Of a stretch of 64,000 bases of DNA, positions 18,483-28,371 are shown one piece after another. This DNA comes from an uncultured virus (IMG/VR IMGVR_UViG_3300035670_000196) (lineage: Duplodnaviria; Heunggongvirae; Uroviricota; Caudoviricetes), in IMG/VR virus record IMGVR_UViG_3300035670_000196. One strand, 5' to 3'. The notes beneath the pieces are model-generated. The model had not been told where the DNA came from. It searched no databases and saw nothing but the letters and a program-made list of their open reading frames with translations. The first letter of the stretch is position 1. The number at the start of each line of letters is the position of its first letter. Both the position numbers and the translations under genes were made by a program.

Positions 18483-18896
18483 ATGCCACGTAAATCTGAT
18501 TACGAACATTTTAAACCAGAAGTCTTGCGGTTACTGCAGGAAGGCTTTAAGGTGTCGGAAATTTTAAGGCAAATGCCGCAGCTGGCAAAAAGTACGGCCT
18601 ACGATTGGGAAAAGGAATTCCGGATAAGTTCCGGAATATCTAAAACGCCTGCCTTTCCACTTCCGCTCGATCCTGAATCGCCCTTAGATAAAATCAAAAA
18701 TGCGCTGTGGGATATAGTTCATGAGCCCGATGGGAAGGGCGTGGCGGTACAGGCCCTTAACTCATTGGTTAAAGTTTTTCAGCTTGAAATGGAGCTGAAA
18801 AACGCTGCAAATAAAGTTGATGATGATGAAGATGAAGGGATGCACTTAATCGTTGAACGCAGGGTCATTCATGCCAGCAGTCCAGCAGAAGATTAG
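18483..18896 (+). CDS. Terminase small subunit
   Basis: N-terminal HTH (KSTAYDW); overlaps the large subunit. Confidence 0.7.
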   Translation: MPRKSDYEHFKPEVLRLLQEGFKVSEILRQMPQLAKSTAYDWEKEFRISSGISKTPAFPLPLDPESPLDKIKNALWDIVHEPDGKGVAVQALNSLVKVFQLEMELKNAANKVDDDEDEGMHLIVERRVIHASSPAED

Positions 18897-20127
18897 GCTC
18901 GATATACCGACACCCGCATGGGCATTGCCGCTATTAGTTTCTAAGCGATACAAGGGGGCTAAGGGGGGGCGTGGTGGTGGTAAAAGCCATTTTTTTGCAG
19001 AACTATTAGTCGAGGAACATTTGTGTAACCCCGATCAGCAATCAGTTTGCATTCGGGAAGTTCAAAGCACGCTCGACACGTCGGTTAAGAAATTAATTGA
19101 AGAAAAAATTGATGCCTTAAAAATTAACGATTTTTTTGACATTCAGGTCAATAAAATCAAAGACCGCCGTGGCAAGGGCTTGATCATTTTTAAGGGGATG
19201 CAGGATTACAATGCCAGCAATATTAAATCCCTAGAAGGCTTTGATCGGGCATGGGTTGAAGAAGCCCAGAATTTAAGCGTTCGATCACTGCAGCTCCTTC
19301 GCCCAACAATGCGAAAAGAAGGCTCAGAAATTTGGTTTAGCTGGAACCCAGAAAACGAAGCTGATCCGGTTGATCGTTTTTTTCAAACACCACGTCCCGA
19401 CGCTATTTGTGTAACGGTAAATATTGACGATAATCCGTTTCGATCTGATTTGCTATGGGCAGAAATGCTGGCGGATCGGGAAAATTTAGACGTCGGAGAA
19501 TTCAATCATATTTGGCGTGGTGGTTATCGAGTAATCAGTAAAGAGCAGATATTTGCAGCCAAATGTAGGGTGCAAGAATTTGAGCCGGAGCCATTTTGGG
19601 ATGGCCCGTATTATGGCGCTGACTGGGGTTTCGGCAAAGATCCAACAGCAGCAGTTGAAGCATGGATCAGCGAAAAAACGCTATATATTTTTTGTGAAAG
19701 TTATGAGCATGGTTTAGAGCTAGATGATATTGCTTGCCGATGGATTAACGATATTCCAGGCATTGAAAAACACACAGTTCGATCTGATAGCGCCAGACCC
19801 GACACAATTAGCCACGTAAAAAGTCCAGGAAGGCTAAATGATCGTCCGTGCATCCCTTATTTAGTAGGAGCAGAAAAGGGCAAAGGTAGCGTTGAGGATG
19901 GAATTGAATTTATCCGAGGCTTTAAGGCAATTATTATCCACCCACGTTGTACAAATATGTGGGCTGAAGCGATTAATTACAAATGGAAAACTAATCGAGC
20001 TGGGGATATTTTGCCAGTTCCCGTTGATGCAGATAATCACCTTTGGGATTCGTTGCGATATGCACTAGAGCCACTGACTAAAAAGCAACGAAATATATCA
20101 GATAAGCTTTTTGCATTGTATGGGTAA
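18871..20127 (+). CDS. Terminase large subunit, PBSX family
   Basis: GGRGGGKSH Walker A, WVEEA Walker B, SWNP, GADWG, DSARP and DNHLWDSLRYA. Confidence 0.95.
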   Translation: MPAVQQKIRLDIPTPAWALPLLVSKRYKGAKGGRGGGKSHFFAELLVEEHLCNPDQQSVCIREVQSTLDTSVKKLIEEKIDALKINDFFDIQVNKIKDRRGKGLIIFKGMQDYNASNIKSLEGFDRAWVEEAQNLSVRSLQLLRPTMRKEGSEIWFSWNPENEADPVDRFFQTPRPDAICVTVNIDDNPFRSDLLWAEMLADRENLDVGEFNHIWRGGYRVISKEQIFAAKCRVQEFEPEPFWDGPYYGADWGFGKDPTAAVEAWISEKTLYIFCESYEHGLELDDIACRWINDIPGIEKHTVRSDSARPDTISHVKSPGRLNDRPCIPYLVGAEKGKGSVEDGIEFIRGFKAIIIHPRCTNMWAEAINYKWKTNRAGDILPVPVDADNHLWDSLRYALEPLTKKQRNISDKLFALYG

Positions 20128-20166
20128 TATCAGCTATCATTCTGACAAGTTCTTTCAGTTTTCCAC

Positions 20167-22701
20167 ATGTCTTTCGAGGTCGATGTAATTCGCCAAGATT
20201 CGGTTTTAAGTGCGATCTCTAGGTCGCTACTGGCGAATCGTTCTAGCGGCATGGGAACGTCAAGAGACACCTTTACCGAAACTGAAGTAGGCTACCCTAG
20301 GTTACTGGGTGAACTAGAGCTAAGATCGCTGTATCGGGGCAATTGGTGGATCCGACGCATCATTGATACACCAGCTGAAGATATGACGAAATCGGGTATT
20401 CGGATTGAACTTCCCGATGGCGATGCTGATGTAGTTCAGAAAGTTTTAGGACTGTATGCCGCTGGTGGTGAGCTTAACCCATATAGCCGGAAATTTAGCG
20501 GCCCATCTGCGTTTAGAAAAGCAGAGCGATGGGCTCGATTGTTTGGTCGTGGTTATATTGTCCTGCGGGTCAATAACGGCGAAGACCTATCAAGACCATT
20601 AAAAAAAGTGCGGTCTTTTGATGGTTTATCGGTGTTAGATCGCTATCAATTGCGACCGGCTATCGGTGAAGTCAATTATGAAGATCCTGAGTTTTACCAA
20701 ATAATTAGAAGGGCTAGAGCTAACGACATTGAAGCCTTTGGTCAAAAAATTCATGAATCACGAGTGCTGCCATTTGACGGGGAGATGATCCACCCGTTTG
20801 ATCTGCACTGGGATACAACGGACGGTGCTCATGACTCGGTGCTGCAATGTATTTTTGAAATTTTTTGCCGCTACTATACGGTACAAAATGCCATTGCTAA
20901 AGGATTAGATAGCTATAGCCTTTTTAAAGTGGCAATTAATGGTTTAGCTGAGCTATTAGGGACGCCTGGAGGTGAAGATAAGCTAGCGCTTGCCCTTGAT
21001 GCAATAGCCGAACAAATGAGCATGCACCGTGTTCTAGTGCAAGATGGATCAGCAACCAATTCCGACTTTCAAGAGCGTTCATTTAGCGGCGTAGCTGAAA
21101 ATGCTGTCGCGTTTCGAGAAGAGCTGACCGCTGCGTCAAATTTACCTCATTACAAATTGTGGGGCACTGTTGGCAAAGCGGCACTTGGCGATAGTGGTAA
21201 TGCTGAAACCAGAGCATGGGCTGATCGGGTTGCAACGATGCAGCGGGATAAGTTTGCTGATAACCATCGCCGATTGTTCAATGCCTTGTTTGAGGCCACT
21301 ACAGGAGCAATTCCTGAAGGATATGAAATCAACTATGAGTCGATCTATACTCCGACCGACAATGAATTAGCTGATTTAGAGAAAAAGCACGCCGATCGCT
21401 ACGAAGTTTTAGTGCGGGCTGAAATTTTGACCCCAGACGAAGCGAGGGTTGCGATTGCCACTGATCAGCCTATTTCTACAATTTTATCAAGTCTAGGTGT
21501 TTCGCTGGATGAGCTAAAGAAACAGCAAGAGGAAGAAGCCGCTGCCTTAGCTGAAGAAGAAAGCAGCGGTGAATTTGGTGCAATACCTGATAATTTGCCC
21601 AGCATTGATCAAGTAGCTGGATTATTAGATTCTGCCGCAATCATCAGAACTGATGCAGGTAAGAAAAAGAGCGGTAAAAAACGAAATTGCACACAGGGGC
21701 AACCGTGTGGCGGCAGTTGCATTAGTCGTAAAAAAACGTGTAGAAAAACTCCGACTGCAAAACAAAAACAGTTAGCTCAGCAAATTAAAAGCAGCAATGC
21801 AGGAGCTGGTAATCCTGCTCCCACACCGACGCCAGCGCCAGATCCACAACCTGAAAATCGGCTTACAGATCGGCCTAATACCGGGACGCACAAAGATGTG
21901 CCAAGTGGGGATCCGCCGCCTGCTGATAAATACATGTATGAATATGATAAGTCAAGCAATAAAGCGTATCAGGTAATCAGAAATTCAAAAGGAAAAGAAA
22001 AAGAAAGAAAAGAAATTTCAGTTGATGAATACAACAATATTATTCAGACACAATTTAATGGAAAAGCTAGGCTCGCTGAAGAATTAGGGATCGACGTGCG
22101 ATCACCTAGCGAGTTAAACAAACTAAGAAAAGAAGCGAAAGAAAATCAACTTAATGCTGTAAAGAAAAATGCAAATCTGTCAGATTCACAGGCTAAAGCT
22201 TCAATAGAAGCCATTTCTGACTATAGCGCAATTTATGGTTCAACTGGTTATACAGCTATTCGGAATGTTCAGCGAGGTATTTTCAAGGATGATGATGGCG
22301 ATCCTTTGTCACAGAGCGTTATATCTCGTATAAACGGGCGAATAAATGACATTAATGCTTATATCGAAAATGCGCCAACTTACAAAGGCACCGTTTATCG
22401 AGGAATGAGCTTTGACAGTAAAGCTGATCGCGATTCGTTTATACAAAGCATTGCTAATGGGTATTCGCTAGAAGCTATGAGTTCCTTTTCTAGTTCTAAA
22501 TCAGTAACAAAAGAATTTTCACAAGGAGCAGGGATTATTTTTGCTGTGCAAAATAATCGATCTGGAGTTTCTATAAAAGGAATGTCCAAAGTGCCAGCCG
22601 AGAATGAAGTATTAGTGCCAAAAGGTGCCCGATACAATATAAAAACTATTCAATCTCAAGGTGCAAAAATGCTAATCGAGCTAGAAGAATTAGACTCATG
22701 A
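20167..22701 (+). CDS. Portal protein (DUF1073-like) fused to a C-terminal ADP-ribosyltransferase domain
   Basis: Portal motifs LY..NW..RRIID.PAEDM, ARLFG, IHESR and P..KL.G. Then a Cys/Lys-rich linker and an ART core VYRG / SSFSS / ENEVLVP. Confidence 0.85.
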   Translation: MSFEVDVIRQDSVLSAISRSLLANRSSGMGTSRDTFTETEVGYPRLLGELELRSLYRGNWWIRRIIDTPAEDMTKSGIRIELPDGDADVVQKVLGLYAAGGELNPYSRKFSGPSAFRKAERWARLFGRGYIVLRVNNGEDLSRPLKKVRSFDGLSVLDRYQLRPAIGEVNYEDPEFYQIIRRARANDIEAFGQKIHESRVLPFDGEMIHPFDLHWDTTDGAHDSVLQCIFEIFCRYYTVQNAIAKGLDSYSLFKVAINGLAELLGTPGGEDKLALALDAIAEQMSMHRVLVQDGSATNSDFQERSFSGVAENAVAFREELTAASNLPHYKLWGTVGKAALGDSGNAETRAWADRVATMQRDKFADNHRRLFNALFEATTGAIPEGYEINYESIYTPTDNELADLEKKHADRYEVLVRAEILTPDEARVAIATDQPISTILSSLGVSLDELKKQQEEEAAALAEEESSGEFGAIPDNLPSIDQVAGLLDSAAIIRTDAGKKKSGKKRNCTQGQPCGGSCISRKKTCRKTPTAKQKQLAQQIKSSNAGAGNPAPTPTPAPDPQPENRLTDRPNTGTHKDVPSGDPPPADKYMYEYDKSSNKAYQVIRNSKGKEKERKEISVDEYNNIIQTQFNGKARLAEELGIDVRSPSELNKLRKEAKENQLNAVKKNANLSDSQAKASIEAISDYSAIYGSTGYTAIRNVQRGIFKDDDGDPLSQSVISRINGRINDINAYIENAPTYKGTVYRGMSFDSKADRDSFIQSIANGYSLEAMSSFSSSKSVTKEFSQGAGIIFAVQNNRSGVSIKGMSKVPAENEVLVPKGARYNIKTIQSQGAKMLIELEELDS

Positions 22702-22889
22702 AAAAACCAAATAAATTCATAGAAAATGGCAATAATGCAGCAGACATTTATAAGCCTATTGCAGGTAAACAACCCCCTGCGGCGTTAGAAAACATTGAGA
22801 AATTAGCAAGCATAGATGAATGGTTTGCTCAGTTTCCAGATGAAGATGCTAGCGCTGAAGAAACTGATGATTCGGTAGAGGCGGTTTAG
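22698..22889 (+). CDS. Small protein with acidic tail, candidate ART immunity protein
   Basis: 63 aa, overlaps the 3' end of the toxin-bearing gene. Function inferred from position only. Confidence 0.45.
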   Translation: MKKPNKFIENGNNAADIYKPIAGKQPPAALENIEKLASIDEWFAQFPDEDASAEETDDSVEAV

Positions 22890-22893
22890 AACT

Positions 22894-23973
22894 ATGCCTC
22901 AGACGATTTCTTCCGATCAATACCCACTTGTAATTGAGCTAATCAACGAAACCTACACAGATGAGGTTGAGCAAATCGTTGAAGCTCAAATTGAGGATAA
23001 TGGGGCGATAACGGCGATTGCAATTGACGAAGATCGAATCGTCGGTTTTCGCTATACAGACAATCAGGTATCGACTCGGATTTTAAATCCTGACGATCTT
23101 GAAAACGATCAAGAACCTGATTTAGAGCAAGAAGCCGATCCCGATCAGTCAGTTGATGAGCAAATCAGTCTTGACCTGGAAGACAATACAGCAAAAAAGC
23201 CCCAGCCCCAGCAACCACGGGGCGATCAAAAATTTAGCCCTACTGATCTAGCATCACTAGGAGCATACGATTATTCAGCAATAATCGATTGGGACGAAGT
23301 CCGCAATGTAGCATCAGAACAAGGCTGGACATGGGATGACGATGCAGGCCGTTATAGGGATAAAGACGGCAATTTAGTTAGTGCTGATCAAATATTAAAT
23401 CTCACTTATGCTGAGCTTGATTTATTAAATCAGGACGTAAATGATTACTGTAATTTGCTAATAGCTGGCGACATTTCTTTGAAAGAATGGGAAATGCAAA
23501 TAGCCAGAATCATTGTAATAACGACAGCACTATTTTTCCTGTTTGGATTTGGTGGGAATGTCGAACGTATTACTAGAGATCATCAGCAATATTTGACAAA
23601 CCGTATTCAACGCCAGTTTGAGTTTTTGCGGAATTTTAGCGAAGATATTCAAACTGGCAAAATGAGCGAACGTGGTCTAAAAGCCCGCACGCGACTATAT
23701 GTTCAGGATAGTCAGCTAGGGTACAGCGAGGCTCAAGAACTCGTCCATGGGATAGGAGACTGGCCGTTCTATGCAAACGTGCTGGGTGGGTGCGACCACT
23801 GCGAAGAATGCCCAGCGGAAACTGCAAAAGGCATTGTACGACGTGGCTCGCTTATTAAAATTGGATCACGAGAATGCCGATGGAATTGCTGCTGTCATTA
23901 CGAATATTTTAAGACAGCAGACGGACGCACTGACAAAGCAAGTCTTTTAACTAAAAAAACGGGCTGGCTTTAG
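22894..23973 (+). CDS. MuF/SPP1 gp7-like minor head protein
   Basis: C-terminal HCEEC...C..NC.C motif and WD...GRYRD motif; lies between portal and protease genes. Confidence 0.7.
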   Translation: MPQTISSDQYPLVIELINETYTDEVEQIVEAQIEDNGAITAIAIDEDRIVGFRYTDNQVSTRILNPDDLENDQEPDLEQEADPDQSVDEQISLDLEDNTAKKPQPQQPRGDQKFSPTDLASLGAYDYSAIIDWDEVRNVASEQGWTWDDDAGRYRDKDGNLVSADQILNLTYAELDLLNQDVNDYCNLLIAGDISLKEWEMQIARIIVITTALFFLFGFGGNVERITRDHQQYLTNRIQRQFEFLRNFSEDIQTGKMSERGLKARTRLYVQDSQLGYSEAQELVHGIGDWPFYANVLGGCDHCEECPAETAKGIVRRGSLIKIGSRECRWNCCCHYEYFKTADGRTDKASLLTKKTGWL

Positions 23974-24227
23974 ATTTTGAAAAACTCAAATTCAACGCCA
24001 AGTGATTCAGCGATTGCACCTAAATAAACAGCTGGAATATTGCCGGTTGCTTCCCAGTGAAATACACGATTGCCGTCTAGTGCTGGCATCTTTAAATACT
24101 CACCAATGCGCTTGCCCAACTCAGCTTGAGTGATACCAGCGACGTTTCTAGCAGCTCTTAATTTAACTTTTAATACTGATTCTGGTGTAGCCCCTACAGG
24201 CACATCAACAGTAATTGTTATCCCCAT
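23970..24227 (-). CDS. XRE-family HTH regulator
   Basis: LRAAR...ITQAELG...WE...P...L..IA..LGV. Confidence 0.8.
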   Translation of the reverse strand: MGITITVDVPVGATPESVLKVKLRAARNVAGITQAELGKRIGEYLKMPALDGNRVFHWEATGNIPAVYLGAIAESLGVEFEFFKI

Positions 24228-24339
24228 TTTTCAGGTTTTGACTCAATTATTCAGAATTTGCCTGACGGTATCAGTTTAGCGCGAAACAATTGCCGCAACT
24301 AAAACTATAGTATTGGCAGGTTTTTGATGATTTTTACTT

Positions 24340-25476
24340 GTGTCTTTACGTCACGATCGAGCACCTATTCAAAACTATGAGAAATTGGCTGACGGTCGGC
24401 TGCGTGTTCGTGCGTCGTTTTCTCGTGTTGGTGCACTGCAATATTTAAGAGCTGATGGATCAATTCAAACCGAAATTGTTAGCCCAGACGAATTATTTAA
24501 GACTGATTCGCTTGAGACAGCAGCACTTGCCCCCGTGACATTAGGGCACCCCCCCGTTGGCATGGTTACGCCGAAAAACTGGCGAGAATATGCCGTAGGG
24601 GCCAGTGGCTCGACCGTGACTGCCCGCCAAGATGAGGGGCTGGTCGATGTCGTTTTTTTAATTGGCGACGAATCAGCAATCAATGCCGTAGAGTCAGGTC
24701 GAGCGAATCAAGTCAGTGCGGGCTATTACACAGAGTTGGAAACGCGATCAGACGGAATCTACCAGACGAACCGCCGGTATAACCACTTGGCTCTAGTTGA
24801 GCGGGGAAGGGCTGGGCCAGACGTTCGGCTCCATTTAGATAGTGCAGACGACTGGGCTGTACAAACCGATGACAAAACCGACAATTGCGGAGGACGCATG
24901 AAAAAATTTAAAGGGTACGAAGTAGAGGACGCTGTTTACGACATGCTGACGAGCATGACGGAAGAACTTATCAAGATGAAGGGAAAAAAGGACTCCCTAG
25001 AATCGGACGCTCTGACCCAGGTGACCGCACAGCGTGACATTTTGCAAGGAAAGATTGATGAGCTAAACCAACAGTTGGCGACAAAACTCGATGCAGATGA
25101 TGTTACGGCTGCAGCAGAAGCGCGACTCAATGCTTATAACGCAGCACAGCCTTATTTGAAAGAACCTAAGTTTGACGCGGCTATCGAACCGATCGAGTGG
25201 AAGCGTCGCGCCATTGCTGCAGCACGGCCCAGCCTAAAACTCGACGGCAAAGAAGACGCCTATATCGTCGCTGCTTTTGACATGCTGACCGAGCTAGGGC
25301 TTGATAAGCAACAGCAGACTAAAGCTGTAAAGGCAACCTTAGACGAAGCTGCACGGGGCGGGAATCGCGATACGCCTAGTTTGACCGAAACCCTCGATGA
25401 CGATGAGCAGCAAGTCAGGGCAGACATTGCCGCCATTGATGCCCAATTTTCCTACACCGATGGAGGTATTAAATAA
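24340..25476 (+). CDS. Prohead protease/scaffold (DUF2213-like)
   Basis: SRVG...PVTLGHP...VSAGY...NHLALVERGRAG motifs and a coiled-coil scaffold tail. Confidence 0.85.
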   Translation: MSLRHDRAPIQNYEKLADGRLRVRASFSRVGALQYLRADGSIQTEIVSPDELFKTDSLETAALAPVTLGHPPVGMVTPKNWREYAVGASGSTVTARQDEGLVDVVFLIGDESAINAVESGRANQVSAGYYTELETRSDGIYQTNRRYNHLALVERGRAGPDVRLHLDSADDWAVQTDDKTDNCGGRMKKFKGYEVEDAVYDMLTSMTEELIKMKGKKDSLESDALTQVTAQRDILQGKIDELNQQLATKLDADDVTAAAEARLNAYNAAQPYLKEPKFDAAIEPIEWKRRAIAAARPSLKLDGKEDAYIVAAFDMLTELGLDKQQQTKAVKATLDEAARGGNRDTPSLTETLDDDEQQVRADIAAIDAQFSYTDGGIK

Positions 25477-25997
25477 TGGCAATTACTACGTATAGCGACA
25501 TTTCAGCAGCCGGTCTTGTGGCCGGGGCTTTGTACAAATCCATTGTCAATGGCACTAAAATCACAGGCGTTAACGCTGGCGCTGTTGTGATGGCTGCTGG
25601 CTTTGGCGCGGTATGGTCTGGCACGCGCAACGGGGCGACCCTTCCGTCTGGCGCTGGTAACTATGCTGGTGTGATCGTACTACCTTATTCAGTTGAAGTA
25701 CGGGCAGCAGGCTCTACTCATGCCTCTGTTGACGCTGGCGGTCGCTTTGGCTATCCCATCGATTTTGAAGTAGCCCTAGCCAATACCGATCAGTATGTGG
25801 TGTGGGTTGATGACACTGTTGCCGTTGGTGATCCGGTTTATCTAAATCACACTGCATCGACTAGCGTTGTTGGCGCGTATCGCAACGATGCGAATTCGAG
25901 CAATGCCCAGCTAATTACTGGAGCCAAATTTGTGTCAGCAGCCACGGGCACTAATTCTGTCTTGGCGCTTGCCGTTGTCGATTTTAGCGCTAAATAA
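25476..25997 (+). CDS. Head decoration/cement protein
   Basis: Between protease and capsid genes; VWV...V..GDPVY motif. Confidence 0.7.
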   Translation: MAITTYSDISAAGLVAGALYKSIVNGTKITGVNAGAVVMAAGFGAVWSGTRNGATLPSGAGNYAGVIVLPYSVEVRAAGSTHASVDAGGRFGYPIDFEVALANTDQYVVWVDDTVAVGDPVYLNHTASTSVVGAYRNDANSSNAQLITGAKFVSAATGTNSVLALAVVDFSAK

Positions 25998-26017
25998 TTT
26001 ACAGGGAGACTAAAACA

Positions 26018-26995
26018 ATGCCTACTGGTGGCACGTATCAATACAGAATGCTACAGCAACGGCTGCGAGGCGTATTACGCGCCCGGCGTCGCTTGCTGCC
26101 CTTTTACAGCGGCAACATCATCCCCACTATGACCGACCTCGCTCCTGGTGCTCGCACTATGGTGCAAGATCAGGTACTGGAATACGGTGAAGCCCAATTG
26201 ATGGCACCCGACGCCGATGATATTCCGTTGGTTGAAGTGACCTCGACCGAAAACGAATATCGGATCGTCATGCCGGTCGCTGGCTTTGCTGTTACCTACT
26301 CTGAAACACTGGCCCAAGGCCGCGCGGCTGCTAACGGGATCCAATACAATCCCCGTGACATCAAAATGACCGCTGCGACTCGTGTGATCGAAGAAAAATG
26401 CAGTGACGTTGCAGCGTTTGGCTCGACCGATCTGAATTTCACAGGAATGGTCAACAACGCTAGTGTCACCCTGAATGACTCCAGCTTTGACCCGTTTGAT
26501 GCTGGTTCTACTGCTGACGACATTGCCGACTGGTTCCTCGGGGAAATTGGCTCGATCGCCGTTAACACTAACACGGTCGAATATCCTACCGCCGCGCTAA
26601 TCTCTACGTCGTTACGAAATTTGATGGTTCGGCGACGGATGCCTGATAGCGGGGACAACATCCTCAGCTACGTGCTACGAACTCAGCGAGAGGCGACGAA
26701 TAGCCAACAGCAGGGTATCAAGGACATCTTTGCCCTACCCGAGCTTGAATCGGCAAAACTGGAAGCTGCAGGGGCTCAGTCTAGCGGCACCAACAAAGAC
26801 CGCATTGTGCTGTACCCGTACGATCCTGAAGTACTTGAAAAGCACATCATGAGCGGCGCTATTGACATGTTTCCCGAAGACTGGGTCGTCAATAAGGGTG
26901 CTCGCAAGATCTACCCGATGTACACTTGCATGAGCCAAACGATCATCAACTTCCCAGGTGCTTTGCGCTACATTGACCACGCAAAAGAAGCTTAG
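26018..26995 (+). CDS. Major capsid protein (DUF2184/encapsulin-like)
   Basis: G.A......DDIPLV, AAFG....FTGMVN and DRIVLY..DPE motifs; 325 aa. Confidence 0.85.
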   Translation: MPTGGTYQYRMLQQRLRGVLRARRRLLPFYSGNIIPTMTDLAPGARTMVQDQVLEYGEAQLMAPDADDIPLVEVTSTENEYRIVMPVAGFAVTYSETLAQGRAAANGIQYNPRDIKMTAATRVIEEKCSDVAAFGSTDLNFTGMVNNASVTLNDSSFDPFDAGSTADDIADWFLGEIGSIAVNTNTVEYPTAALISTSLRNLMVRRRMPDSGDNILSYVLRTQREATNSQQQGIKDIFALPELESAKLEAAGAQSSGTNKDRIVLYPYDPEVLEKHIMSGAIDMFPEDWVVNKGARKIYPMYTCMSQTIINFPGALRYIDHAKEA

Positions 26996-27011
26996 AGCGA
27001 GGTAATTACTG

Positions 27012-27386
27012 ATGATTGTTATTTTCAAACCAGAGAATTGCTACCCGCCTAGACGGGCTGGCATTCAGCTAGATCAGATTGTGCTAACGCCAGGGGTCAA
27101 TCATCTTTCACCCGAACAAACAGCTAGGCTGCGAGCGCATCCGACATTTGGCCAATACCAAGCCCGAAATGCAATTGTGGTACAGGAGCCAGTATCGGAA
27201 GTAACGCCGATACCCCTATCTGATGTACCCAGCAATCTATCTGGGTACAACGTCGAGCAAGCTGAAGAAATCATCGACCAAACCCATGATGTCGATGTGC
27301 TGCAGCGGTGGCTTAGCGGCGAAACCAGAAAGACAGCTCGTACTGTGATTGAACGACGAATCGACAATTTAAAAGGAGGCAAATAA
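27012..27386 (+). CDS. Head-associated hypothetical protein
   Basis: LTPGVN...W...ETRK..R..IE.RI pattern; follows the capsid gene. Confidence 0.55.
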   Translation: MIVIFKPENCYPPRRAGIQLDQIVLTPGVNHLSPEQTARLRAHPTFGQYQARNAIVVQEPVSEVTPIPLSDVPSNLSGYNVEQAEEIIDQTHDVDVLQRWLSGETRKTARTVIERRIDNLKGGK

Positions 27387-27785
27387 ATGGCAGTTACAAC
27401 ACAACGGGTTATTTCGTCAGATGGCGATTTTGCAACCTCTTTTTTTCAGGCGTCTCCTGTAGATGCTGCGTTTTTTATTGCACCGTTTGATCTGACCATT
27501 AAGCAAGTGCAGGAAGTTCACGGCACCGCCGGTTCTGATGGTGGTGCTGTTACCCTGCAAGTCGAGCGATTGCAGGGGACTGAGGCTGCTGGCGGCAACG
27601 GTGATAGTTTGCTTGCCAGTACCGTAAACATGAAGGGGACGGCTAATACTGTTGTTGTTCCTGGGTTAACTACTACAACGGCACACCTGACCCTAAGTAA
27701 GGGCGATCGCTTGGGCTTAAATTACACAGGCACACTGACGGCCCTTGCCAATGTTGCTATCACTGTCAAGTATCAGAAAGCGTAA
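27387..27785 (+). CDS. Putative virion structural protein
   Basis: Beta-rich G/T composition; strong RBS AAGGAGG. Confidence 0.55.
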   Translation: MAVTTQRVISSDGDFATSFFQASPVDAAFFIAPFDLTIKQVQEVHGTAGSDGGAVTLQVERLQGTEAAGGNGDSLLASTVNMKGTANTVVVPGLTTTTAHLTLSKGDRLGLNYTGTLTALANVAITVKYQKA

Positions 27786-28165
27786 TGGCTGTCACCGTTG
27801 ACACATTTACTACTGACTATCCGCAGTTTCTGGCAACTGAAACAGAAACGATCGAGAGGGCATTGTCCAGAGCGGCGTTGCGAATCAGTGCCGCTCAATG
27901 GGGCGCTCTGTACGAGGAAGGGCAGTCTTTATTGGCTGCCCATTTGCTAACGATTGCTGCTGAAGCCACGGCAACCGACGGCAAAGGTCAAGGAGTCGCT
28001 GGGGGGGTGTCTTCGATTAGTGTTGATGGTGACATCTCGGTATCATATGCCGATGCTTCGTATGCTCGATCACAGCAGGGATCAAGTAACTACGATTCAA
28101 CCATTTATGGTCGCGATTTTCTGCAGTTACAACGTCAAGTCATTGTTCCAGTAAGGATTATCTAA
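27785..28165 (+). CDS. Head-tail adaptor (DUF4054-like)
   Basis: F...YPQF...LLAAHLL...GDISVSY...T.YG..F..L motifs. Confidence 0.8.
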   Translation: MAVTVDTFTTDYPQFLATETETIERALSRAALRISAAQWGALYEEGQSLLAAHLLTIAAEATATDGKGQGVAGGVSSISVDGDISVSYADASYARSQQGSSNYDSTIYGRDFLQLQRQVIVPVRII

Positions 28166-28167
28166 TA

Positions 28168-28371
28168 ATGATGAGCAATTTTTTGTCGAATCACGGTGAC
28201 GCGTTGGTTGCTTTATTGCTGCCAGTAGTAGCTGGTTTTTTGCCTCCTGTTAATCAATTCCTAGCTCGACTAACTGGCAATAAGTATGTCGAGAAAGGGA
28301 TGAAAGTGGCTAAGGCGCTAGAAGATGGCTTGCAAATTGAAGACGTAAAGGCATTATTGGATCGTCGCTAA
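28168..28371 (+). CDS. Small membrane protein, holin-like
   Basis: One hydrophobic segment and a charged C-terminus. Confidence 0.35.
   Translation: MMSNFLSNHGDALVALLLPVVAGFLPPVNQFLARLTGNKYVEKGMKVAKALEDGLQIEDVKALLDRR

Noticed and set aside
20167..21650. Anti-CBASS Acb1 (a label often attached to DUF1073 proteins)
   Set aside because: Position after terL and motifs indicate a portal. I see no paired HxT phosphodiesterase motifs, and the extension is ART-like.
28168..28371. Complete lysis cassette
   Set aside because: Only a weak holin-like ORF; I could not recognise an endolysin anywhere.
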